From: Psammoneis japonica
Lineage: Eukaryota
Direction: 5' to 3'
Assembly (NCBI GenBank): GCA_008632985.1
Contig: QPGO01000102.1
Span: forward strand, 248,001-292,225
Length of the DNA: 44,225 bases
Under the pieces are notes generated by a model. The model made no database searches and had not been told where the DNA came from. It was given only the letters and a program-made list of their open reading frames with translations. Position numbers and translations under genes: made by a program. This document shows, one piece after another, positions 33,638 to 44,225 of the stretch; position 1 is the stretch's first letter; every line of letters starts with the position of its first letter.

Positions 33638-35088
33638 TCAAAAGTCGGCATCAAAGCTTAGCGTATTGCTATTTGTCGCTTCATGTTTTGCATCTGAAGA
33701 AACCGAAGCCATGACACCACTCTTTTGGTATTCTGCTACTCGCTTTTCAAAGAAATTTGTTTTGCCTTCGAGACTAATCATGTCCATCCCTGCGAAAGAG
33801 AGAATGATATAGACGAGAAAAGAAGGGTAAGCGACCACAAAACCAGACGATAACTTGCCCCATGTGTGCACCTCCATCGTTTTTACTTACAGTCAAATGG
33901 ATTCTTACTCCCATACATGGGTCGGTATCCTAAATCTTGCAACAATCGATCCGCCACAAACTCAATGTATTGTCCCATGAGTTTGGCATTCATACCGATT
34001 AGACTGACAGGTAGCGCGTCGCAGATGAATTCCTTCTCCACCTCCACGGCTTGTCCAATGATGCGTTGAATATCCGTCTGAGACAGTTTTCGTTCCAGTT
34101 TGGAGTACAAGTGACAAGCAAAGGAACAATGCAATCCCTCGTCGCGTGATATCAATTCATTGGAAAAGGTCAAGCCGGGCATGAGTCCACGCTTCTTGAG
34201 CCAGAAAATGGCACAAAAGGCACCCGAAAAAAAGATACCCTCCACAGCCGCAAATGCCACGAGGCGTTCTGCAAAGGACGCGTCGGATCCAATGTACCGT
34301 TGCGCCCACTTGGCTTTGCGTTCGACCGATGGAACCGACGTGTGTGCCGAAAAGAGGACACTCCGATCTTTGGGATCGGAAATGTACGTGTCAATCAAGA
34401 GACAATAGGTTTCTTGATGAATGCTCTCCATGGCCATTTGAAATCCGTAAAAGCAACGTGCTTCTGGGACTGTGACTTCCCGACAGAAGCGTTCTGCCAA
34501 GTTTTCCACCACAATTCCGTCTGCGCCTGCAAAGAAAGCCAGAACCATGGAGATAAAGTGACGTTCATTGTCGTTGAGGCCCTCGTGCCAATCCACCAAG
34601 TCGGAGCTTAGATCAATTTCATCTGCTGTCCAGAAGGAAGCCACGTGTTGTTTGTACATATTCCACAAGTCAGGGTGTTCAATTGGAAACAAGGAGAAGC
34701 GTGATCCATCGTCGTCTGTTCTGCAGATGGGTTCTACAAAAGGAGACTCTGATGGATCGTCCTTGATTTGCTGTTGTTGTGATTGATTTAACTCCTCGGA
34801 CTGTGCGCTTCGTGATAGCTTGGGAGTATGAGATGAGACTGATGGACCTCCGCCTCGAAATCGATCTTCTGTCCTTGCAGTCCCTGTATTGAACTTGTCG
34901 ATGTTGTTACTGTTGTTGTCGCTGCTGCAATCACCTCCTCGAATTCTCCTCCATGTATCCGGCATTCTAGTAGATCGGTGTTTTCCCCATGGTGGTCGCG
35001 CCCATTCTCGCGAAGAGTATGATAGTCTTGGTAATTGACTTATTGAAATTGATAAAGATGATACAGAAAACAGAAGAAGCGGTAGCAT
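33638..35088 (-). CDS. RNR2: Ribonucleotide reductase small subunit with N-terminal extension
   Basis: [48 protein letters not shown]; intron 33790-33890; C-terminal exon [18 protein letters not shown]...FDADF. Start may be 35088 or 35136. Confidence 0.96.
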
Positions 35089-35728
35089 GACACGTTTCAG
35101 TGCCAGATGGCAGCTCGCAGAGCCCATGATTCCCATGATGTGTAGGTGAAAGGCCCTTTTGCGAGTTTGATTTTATAAAAACAGAGAGGAAGACCAGTCA
35201 CTCTCCAAACATGTAATTGTGAATGCCCCTCCCTTTGCTGGCGTCGAAAAGGCAAACGCCCAGTCTCCTGAGTATAAGTAAACAGTAGGTTTTGATGGGT
35301 CGGAAGTGAGCGATAGCGACGCCGTCATCAAGATGCGGGGATGCGCTGGGGTGCGGTGGCACTTTTTATCAGGTTATCTTTTGTGGTCGAACGGAAATCT
35401 AAGCACATACAAATCTCGTAGAAAATGTACTACGAAATTTGTAGCTCAACGGATACACGTGTTGCTTTGATTGGACGCCAGCTCACCGGCGTCTACGATT
35501 ATTCTGGTATTCGTTCTACGTCGCATGTCCTGATCGGCGCTCAGACAAGCAGACAAGAATCGCCGCGCGCCAAAAAGATCTCGTGGTGAAACAAGCGGTT
35601 ATGCCGGTCTCATTTTTTCAACATTTGCGAAGTACCTCAACCTTATTCTCTCCGTCTCGTTTGCTTGCAAATAAATTTCCTGAATACGCCTTTGCGTCAG
35701 CTCTGTTATATTCTACTGTATACGCATA

Positions 35729-36802
35729 ATGACGGATGATATGTTACAAGGACAAGAGATTGCAAAGCTTTTGCGATCGGAAGGGCCGGTTGTAAAGTGT
35801 GTATTGCTGCGTGCAAAAAATGACAATCGTAAGCAGAGCGCAAGCAATGAAAAAGAACCAAAAGTCTTAGTTGATTTGATTGAACAAGTAGAGGTGGATA
35901 CTACCCCGAAAAAATCAATGGTTTCTCAGATTTTGGGAGGGCCTTTTACGTTTCTGGGACAATATGAACAGGAGGGTATTGTCCTTATGATTCGTCGTCC
36001 TGACAGAGAAGATGAGGATGATGACGAGCACGAGGGGAAAACTGACGATGCTTTACCTTTGAATCCACACAAGTTACAGCCTCCTTTTGATGAAGCCGAG
36101 GTGCGGGGAGATATTTTGATTCTCCGTGTAGCTCCTACCGAAGAAGAGTTGAACAACACAAAAGAAGCTTCTGAGACTGAACACGCATCCATTGAAAGTC
36201 TCTCAAACGAGGAGTTCTTCAAGGATTACACCAAGGAAGAGTACATCCAGTTTGCGTCGCGTACTGACATTGTCGCTCCGGAAATTGAAGAAGCTTCCGA
36301 AGAGGAAGAAGAAGAGGTCAGCGAAGAGGAAGAAGAAGACAATGATGAAGAGTACGATGTCGCTGAAGACCTGGGAAGCGATGAGGAGGAGGAAGACGAA
36401 CAAGTCATGATGATGAATCTATTAATGGGACAAATCTTGAAACGTTTTAGAGAAGAAAATGGCAGGGGACCTGACACAGAAGAGCTTCTTAATCTACGTG
36501 CTACACTTGCTGAGAAGCTTGGCATCGAGCTGCCTCCTCAGCCTGAATGCCAGTCGCCTAAGAAAAAGAAAATTGTGGAGAATGGCGATGATGCCGATAG
36601 TCCCTTCAAGTCCATTCTGGTTCGAAAGCGTACAGTCAGTGCAGAAGATAGCGACGACGAGAATGACGCATCAGCAAGTGATCCCGAAGCCAAGCGTGTC
36701 AAATTCTCTCATCAGGTGGCGTCGGAAGAGCAGAAGGAGCCGGGGTCCGAAGTCGTCCAGGAAGCGGCAGTTGCTGCAGAAAAGACGACGCAAGTCAGCT
36801 AA
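35729..36802 (+). CDS. Acidic hypothetical protein
   Basis: 357-aa ORF with normal codon composition; LGGPFTFLGQY and NPHKLQPPF..VRGDILILR segments, Glu/Asp tracts, NLS-like PKKKK. Confidence 0.8.
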   Translation: MTDDMLQGQEIAKLLRSEGPVVKCVLLRAKNDNRKQSASNEKEPKVLVDLIEQVEVDTTPKKSMVSQILGGPFTFLGQYEQEGIVLMIRRPDREDEDDDEHEGKTDDALPLNPHKLQPPFDEAEVRGDILILRVAPTEEELNNTKEASETEHASIESLSNEEFFKDYTKEEYIQFASRTDIVAPEIEEASEEEEEEVSEEEEEDNDEEYDVAEDLGSDEEEEDEQVMMMNLLMGQILKRFREENGRGPDTEELLNLRATLAEKLGIELPPQPECQSPKKKKIVENGDDADSPFKSILVRKRTVSAEDSDDENDASASDPEAKRVKFSHQVASEEQKEPGSEVVQEAAVAAEKTTQVS

Positions 36803-37040
36803 TACGTGACTCTTGGTTGTGGGCTAGGTCATAGAGGGGTACCCTTATTGTTGTAAATAGCATCAGAATAATCGCTCCGTGTAGTATTCTGTACTAGTAC
36901 AAGTAAAGTACCAAGCGTAAAACAAATGCAGGTTCTAGAGCTACCAACAGTCTAGTTTCTCCTATTTCGTGCGCACAATCAAATTATTTAGCCGGTTGCA
37001 GCCCCACCCTTTTCCGGTGTTTGCGTGTCTCTCGTCGTTT

Positions 37041-38769
37041 CTACGCAAACAACCCGCCCATCCCTGCAGCGTAAGCCATGGGCTTAACACTAGGGTGAGG
37101 CACCGCCTGGTACTGGGTGAATTTCGGTTCCAGACTAGCGTCAAAGTGGATAAACGCGCCCTTGTTACCCATCGTGTCACAGTAGTTGGGGGCAGAGAAG
37201 ACAGTGATACATTTGCCACCGTGTTCTACCAAGTAGCCCTCGTCCTTGACTTCATGTGATCGAACCAAGAGACTCAAGTCATTCCTTTCCAAAAACGCTG
37301 CAGTCAAGTCAGGACCAAAGGAGAATCCCACACCCCGCTTGGAAGGAGCTTTGCCCGGGAACGGCTGAGGATCACTCCAAAGCAGGTCGCTCATGAGCCC
37401 AGAGTCAGGCGGTTCACGCCCGCGCTTGATTCTTCGAACATCTTCCAATGTTACGCCCTCTGCGCAAGGTAAGCCACCGTGCGTGACAAACACCTTATTC
37501 TCCAACACTGCAGCCAGAGGCAAATGTCCAAACACTTCAAGGAACAACTCAAAAATCTTGTCGTCGTACTTGGCCTTGACCTCTCCCTCAAAGCCATAGA
37601 TACGGTTCATGTTTTTCGTTTCGTGATTGCCTCGTGTCAAGTAGATGGCTTCTGGGCAGGATATTTTGATGAGCAAAAAGGTGAGAATCACCTCGACAGA
37701 AAAGGAACCTCGATCCACAAAGTCGCCATTGAACAAGTACGGGTTTGTCGCAGAGGGGAAACCGTTCAGTTCAAAAACGTTCATGACATCATAAAACTGC
37801 CCATGCGTGTCACCGCAGACAGTAATACGTGGAGCTGCGTTCTGATCATCAGAAGGGGGCTCTTGGGGAATCGGGATTTCCATTAGACTCCAGAGGTTCT
37901 CAAAGTATGTTTTGCAGCTTAGAAGCAACCGAGCCACGTAGCGTTTGTGAATCAGCTTTTGATTCTTGAATCGTTCAACCGCGGCCTGTAGAATTAGCAA
38001 ACGAGTGAGAAGGACTGTGAGACAATCTATAGGTTCCCGTAACTTCTTGGCATCCATCGTATCTCCAACATCTTCTCACCTTTGCAAAGTCCATTGGCAA
38101 GTTTCCGGGCTGAAATAGTGCTGCCTCTGCTTCAAGGTCATCCATTGGTCCTTCTGGTGAAGGATTTGGTCCATCATATCCAGACGCGTCAATAGAGATT
38201 GCATTAGGATCATAAGTCGCCGAGAGCGGCTCGGTTTTAGCCGAAACAATGGCGGCAGCAAAGGCTTCTGCACGGATTACCTTTTCGCATTCAGCAAGCC
38301 TTTTCCTAGCATCACGATCTTTTGGAAATAGCTTGCACACACTCCGAAAGTCCTTGCGTGCAGCTTTGAATTTGTTAAGCGCAAAGTACGCAGATGCTCT
38401 CCTGTAGTATGCCTTTGCATAGGATGGGTCAGAATCAATTGCGCCCGACGCATCCTCCAGAGCCAATCCGTAATTCTCAACTTTGATATAAGCCTGAGCT
38501 CGATTCGAAAGCACAATGGCATTCTGTGGAGTATACTCGAGTGCTTCGGAATAAAACTCAATCGCTTGTAAGAAGTGCCCCTTCACCATTTCTTCGTTTC
38601 CTTTTTGTTTCAGCTCCAACGATTTCGCGTCGGCGTCGGGATCACCTGACCGATCCACAATCTCCAAAATCGGTGGCGGAGGGTCACTCGTTTCATCTGA
38701 TGCTTCCGATTCCAGCGTTGGAGCTGCGGATGGCATGGTGGAACCAGACTTTTCTTCCTCGCTCGTCAT
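37041..38769 (-). CDS. PPP5C: Ser/Thr protein phosphatase 5 (TPR plus PPP domain)
   Basis: Three TPRs (LKQKGN, LSNRAQAY, KAYYRRA); intron 37986-38079; GDTHGQ, GDFVDRG, RGNHE, SAPNYC and C-terminal HP.VKPMAYA. Confidence 0.97.
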
Positions 38770-38979
38770 TTCTTCTTCTCTTGAGATGGATAAGGGAAAC
38801 TGGAGGTCTGCAGAGGTCACTATATAGCAAGTAAGAGAGGTCGCAACTCGCAACAAAGGCATGCAACATGCAACAGCTTGCGGCGCTTTTGAAGTGGTGA
38901 AGTCGAAGTCCCAAGTGTCGTTCTCTATCGCGCGCGCGCGTCTTGTTATCGCGCCACCATCGGTACAGTACCGGTAGCA

Positions 38980-40262
38980 GCAGACTGGTGGGAATGCGTG
39001 GCATCGTCAACAGCACAAGCCCATGTCACTCCACTTGTTGCTCATTGTGGGGTGGAGGAGCACAGGCCATCCTTCTTCAACCTCCACAACATTGACACAA
39101 GAGCTCTTGTCAACAAAGAAAGTGGCACCATTGACATAAGCTGTGCTGCCTCTGGTGCCTTTTTCACTGGACTGCTGCTTCCTTCTTCAACCGCTGGCTG
39201 GTGTTTTGCTCTCCTCTGAGTGACCAGCTCTTCAGCACCCCCCCTCCCTCTCCACCCTGGAAAACTCAGCTTTCTGTCTTTGACTGCACCCACCAGCCTT
39301 TGATGCCATCATTTCTGGGTGGCCCCACTCACAAACAAAGCAAGAGAGGGTGTGGGCGTCAGCCGAAAAGCCAGCTGTGCTCTGGTGTGCCTTTGTTTTT
39401 TGCTGACTCTTGCTCTGCTTCTCTTCTGAGTCACCAGATCCAGCCCCTCCCACTCCACCCTGGAACTCAGCTTCCCATCTTCCACACCCGCCAGCCCTCA
39501 CCGTGTGTGTGATGCCTTCTTGCTCCTCATCTTTCGAGCTTGCTTGTCAGTTGGTTGTTGAACTCCCAACAAGTCTGTCCTGCACTCAACAACAACCCCA
39601 AACCGCACTGTGTTGGAGAAGATGCTTCTTTGGCCAGGGCGACTCTTGCTCTGCTTCTCTTCTGAGTCACCAGCTCCAGACCCCCCCCCCCACTTCACCC
39701 TGGGAACTCAGATTCTTGTCTTCCACCCCACCAGCCTTTGATGCCTTTTCTCCTTCTTGGTGAAAGCTCAGCAAGAGTTTGTCTCCTCTGCAGTGCTGGG
39801 TGATGGGTGAGACAGAACCCCAGCCCTCTGTGCCGAGCAGGGGAGCTTTTCTGAGCCGCCAGCTCCAGCCGTCCTGCTCCACCCTGGAACTCAGACTCCT
39901 GTCTTTCACCCCATCAGCTTTTGATGTCTTCTCTCCTTCTTGACACAAAAGCTTGGCAAGAGCCCGTGTCTTCGCTGGTGTGGCGTCGAGACGACACAAG
40001 CAAGACCCCAACCCTCCCAGCCGAGAGCTTTTGCACTTTGCACAGAGAGTGCTTTGACCACTGACTCCTGTTTTGCTCCTCTTTCTGGGTCACCAGTTCC
40101 AGCCCTCCCACTCCACTCTGGAACTCAGCTTCCCGTCTTCCACACCCGCCAGCCTTCACCGTGTGATGCCTTCTCGCTCCTCATCTTTCGAGCTTGCTTG
40201 TAGGTCAGTTGTTGAACTCCCGACAAGTCTGTCCTGCGCTCAACGAGAACCCCAAACCGCAT
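38980..40262. repeat. Local degenerate tandem repeat island, TpA-free
   Basis: Core CTGAGTCACCAG...CCACCCTGGAACTCAG recurs near 39216, 39426, 39662, 39851 and 40085; ~200-bp units 39404-39608 and 40062-40261. Only one TA seen (39137) between 38980 and 40200. Confidence 0.88.
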
Positions 40263-40520
40263 TTTAGGTTGGAGATGATGGACGCACCAAGCACCAACAT
40301 GCGGTTTGGACAGCTAGCGCTGTCTGCTGTCCAACAAAATAAATAGACGCCCCCCTGTGATGTTAACCTGCATGCCTGCATAACCTTGCAAAATAACAAC
40401 GAACTTGCCTTTCGTTTTCGGCTGGATAGGAAGAACTGGAGGAGGAATCTCGAGAGTGTCCACCACTCTGCCACTACCCACTACTACTAGAGGAGTGGTT
40501 CCTGTCCTTCGATTTGAAAG

Positions 40521-42575
40521 ATGTTGTCTGGGCAGATTTACACATCCTCGCACTTGTTGTCTGAAATTGCAGGCGTGAGAGATTTGGAGAAGCACGGCAA
40601 TGGCGCAGCGATGCAGGTCGGCGTAAATTGCATCGAGCTGAAGAAGTTGGCTTTGGAAACGCGTATCGGCGTGTTTCTGCGCACGCGCTTGGTACCAAGT
40701 GGACATGTGTTTCAGGAAATGGCTGTGGCTGGAAGCGAAATTTCGGATGTAATAATGTATTCTCAACTCGACATTTATGACACTGAGGACTGGGATTTTT
40801 GCCGAAGTCGCATTGTGGCACCCAAGGATAAAAGGCTATTCGACAGTATTCGCGAAGCGACTGAAATTTGTCTCGAGGCGGTGAGATTTGAGCACTCCAG
40901 CCGTCAGCGCCAGGCCCATATTGACAGTGCTCTCCAAGTGTGCCCTAAGCACTGCGCCATGGCTCACTTTCTCAAATTCGAACTCTTTGTTGTTCAAAGA
41001 GAACTTGACGTTAGAGACAAGAAGTTAATGAAAAAGGCCTAGGTATCTGCGTTCCGCCGTATCGGCGGGAAAGCTTGCGGCTGAATTGGTCAGGGCGCAA
41101 GATTTTTGTCCTGGAAAGTTTTATACTTGGGTGCCAACGCGCTGGTTGGTTCGCTCCACTTACATTTTGGGGTGCGCACTTTGTCGAATGGGGCGCTGGG
41201 ATGACGCTGACCAAGCATTCAAGGAATGTCTCGCAATGGACTCCGGTGACAAGCTCGGGCGCGGCACAAGCAATTGATTGCCGTATTAGAACGAGATGGG
41301 TCACGGGTGGTGACGAACTCGAGTGGCTGCTCCAAGCCAAGTTTGGCGAAGATGAGAAAAAGGACAAGGTATACGCTTTATTCAACTACACACGGGCGTT
41401 ACAAGCGTTTTGTGTCCAGGGAGATTGTGACAAAAGCCGGTCGCTTCTTGAATATGCTGTGAAGAAAAATTCGCACGTCCCGCCTACTCTTTGGCGTGGG
41501 AAAACACCAAGCGTGCAGCAGAAATCATGATGCTCGGTACCGATACGGAAGCGGCGGATTACTGTAGTGACAATGCTCGCTATTGGTACGAAACTACCGG
41601 TGCTCTCGACTGGTTGGAACGGGTATACTGCGAAGTAAAGGCGATTGAACCCATCACAAATAGTTCCGAATTCGCCAGCTCCTCGTGCAGGCTTCTCAAT
41701 TAATGATGGACGCCTCTGAGACATTGCATTCGCCGGCTCGTAAGCGCATCAAAGAACAAGGAATGGAAAAGCTTGATCACATCGAGAAGCTCATAAGTAA
41801 TGATAGCAGAAGTAGCAGCCAACGACTGAAACTCATACTTCACCATCAAAGGGGTATGTTCTTGGTCGAACTGGCAGACTTTGCAAGCGCACTTGCCCAG
41901 TTCAACTCGGCACTGTGCCTTTGTGATCCGGTGAGTGACAAGGACACGATAAAGGAACTCTTTTACAATCGCGCCGACTGCAAGAAACAAGCTGGTGACT
42001 TGCGCGGAGCCTTGGACGATTATACCTTTGTCTACCAGCGCTTTGGGGCGTTCAGTACCGCTATCGAAAACATTCGACAGCTCGAGGCACAGCTTGGAGC
42101 TTCCTCCGTGCTGCCACCGCGACAGTCGTTTCCAGATGTAGATGCTAATGGAGAAGCGCAGACAGTCAACGATGCGATGGCGGAGATCGTGAATAACATG
42201 CCCAAGGTTGATTTGATTTCACAACACAAGTCGTCGGAACGCTGTTCCAACTGCCAGCATGGCGGCATTAAGTTAGCAGTGTGTGACGGGTGCAAGGAGA
42301 TAAAGTTTTGCAGCAAGCAGTGCCAAATAGCGTCGTGGAAGGCCTTTCACAAATACGTTTGCGTAGGGAGCAAAAGTCGGATTGCAACGGGGACGAAAGT
42401 GACGGTGAAAGGACTTGAAAACGCAACCCAGCATAACGGTAAGCAAGGTGTGGTGACTGATTATCTCCCCGACAGGAAGCGGTTTGTGGTGGAATTTGTA
42501 TCCGAAGATGGCGGCGAAAACAAAACGTTCAAGTTGAGTCTTCGACCGCAGAAGCTATCTCAAAATGTAGCTTGA
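40521..42575 (+). CDS. TPR and MYND zinc-finger protein (several apparent frameshifts)
   Basis: Consecutive overlapping ORFs; TPR-like LFYNRADCKKQAGDLRGALDDY; MYND CSNC..CDGCKEIKFCSKQCQIASWKAFHKYVC; C-terminal GL.NA..HNGKQG domain. Start uncertain. Confidence 0.75.
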
Positions 42576-43334
42576 ATGCAATTGCTACCGGTATCCCTGG
42601 ACAACCTCTCGTATCCTAAAAGCGCTCGTTAATAAATATCTTTGTAAGGACTTGTCAGGACCAATTCTTTTGTTTGCACACAAAATGCTGCCAATGTCCC
42701 CAGAGAAGCCAGAGGCGGTCAAGACGAAGAGGAGTGGCGCTACGCACAAACAAGGTATAGGACGTGTGAATGGCACAGGAGTTTTTGACTTCGCCCCACG
42801 TGTCGTGGAAGGAAGACGAGTGTCGACTTGAGTTGAACAAACCTTGGTTGATTCGGTGATACTGTTGTTAGCTACAGTAGCGCCAAAGAACTCAGAGTTC
42901 GAAGTTGATACAAAAATAATACTTCTGCCAGCTAAATTGCCCGTTTAGTGCGCACTCTAAGTTCCTGGTCTTTGTACTTCCTCAGACTTTCTATCCCGTA
43001 GACGTATTCTATAATTTTGTCGACAGCAGGATAATGATGGACGCAGGTAGGCACGGACCTTCTCCGTTCGTCTTTAGCCAGGTACCCCAACAGGCACGAG
43101 CAAGACAACATAGACCTGGGGTCAAAAAGCTCCAGTATGCGAGAATCACAACAAAGGTGGAAGACTTTGAACACGCATAAGTCGCTTTTTGGGAGAGAAA
43201 CAAGAATCGCTACAGTATACAGAATTAACCTCGACAGCTGAGCTGTGTCTCTGAGTCGAATACAGCGTCCTTGTTGTAATTTCTAGAACCACTAAACTCA
43301 CGCAATTCTACAATTCACTGACTGTCTCTGAACT

Positions 43335-43747
43335 CTAAGGAGCTGGGAAGGACTGCTGGCAGTTGTTGATGGCTGAACCACAGGTACGGGGCCAGGTAAT
43401 CATCTTCTCGAGGAAATCCTGAATCGACTTGATAAAGGAGAAGCACGCTTCAAACGGCTGCGAGTATAGTAAAGAACATGCGAAAGGACACAAGTGAGTG
43501 TATGGTGAACTTACTGCGAAAATCAACAGTCAGGTGGACAGCAAAGCTACCATATGACAACAGCGAAAAACCGAGAGAAATCGCAAAGCCCAACAGAAAG
43601 ATACCGATCTCACATCTCGATTAGTAGATCGCTCACCTGAAGGAAGATCCAGAACGCAGCGCAAATACCAGCAATTGGCCATGCGATGAATATGAGGAGA
43701 ATGAGCCACAAGATGGCGAAGATAGGGTTGCTTTGTCCGAATCCCAT
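43335..43747 (-). CDS. Small membrane protein (77 aa)
   Basis: Exon 1 43747-43637 (MGFGQSNPIFAILWLILLIFIAWPIAGICAAFWIFLQ), GT-AG intron 43636-43458, exon 2 in frame (PFEACF...FPAP*). Confidence 0.8.
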
Positions 43748-44225
43748 GTTGATAGATGAAAGTGGTTGTCAGAAATCGATCCGGCTGGAAAGTGAGAAGC
43801 TTTTGCGGGCGCAAGCTGTGAAAAAATTGCGGGAAAACCAATGCCGCGAGCGTGTGCGTTGATTGCATGTCAACTACATTGATTTCCTATGTTTATGAAG
43901 GAAGTATTGAATTTTCAAATGCTCTTTGGAAAGATCAAGAATAAAACTACATTCGCAGTTGAATAATGAAAATAAAAACTATTAAGTATTCCGTTATTAA
44001 GAAAGTATAAATCTGAATTTTTGGCGGGAAACTTTTGAAAAACACACATCGCGTTCCGCAGAAAAAGATCTTTGTTCATGCATGTTGAAACTGCGTTCCG
44101 ATGAAGTACCGAACGGTACAATCTGTCGCCTCATCAGTCTCACGTCGGCCCACGCCCACCTGCAATTATCATTCCTCTTACCACACATCATTTGCCTAAA
44201 AACCCCTTGCGGTGTAGATTGTGCC

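Noticed and set aside
42585..43300. Short ORFs between the TPR-MYND gene and the small membrane gene
   Set aside because: No motifs or consistent exon structure that I can support.

Overview
Eukaryotic, intron-containing DNA, most consistent with a diatom (CoDi-like Ty1/copia element, short GT-AG introns, MGKKSRR-type MYND gene, PSASP-repeat surface protein). The right part (~20.1-44.2 kb) is ordinary gene-dense sequence: CPSF160, a small membrane protein, a Pro/Ser/Thr-rich surface protein, an ARM-MYND protein, a secreted fibrinogen-like protein, RPS16, RNR small subunit, an acidic protein, PP5, a TPR-MYND protein and a small membrane protein. Several carry single-base homopolymer frameshifts that look like assembly errors. 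The left part (~2.1-19.5 kb) and a 1.2-kb island (~39.0-40.2 kb) are repeat-derived and almost free of the dinucleotide TpA. In the full-length copia element (9820-16893, TSD CATGT), conserved Tyr codons read as Cys or His (YVDD->CVDD, ALYGL->ALHGL, ATYGSEF->ATCGSEF). The two LTRs, the duplicated gene copies and the two arms of a TIR element also differ by TA/TG/CA swaps. This points to a repeat-associated, double-stranded TpA->TpG/CpA (A:T->G:C) hypermutation process, opposite in polarity to fungal RIP, which appears to spread into a neighbouring gene. This is the main candidate for an undescribed system. A base-calling artefact at modified adenines still needs to be excluded.
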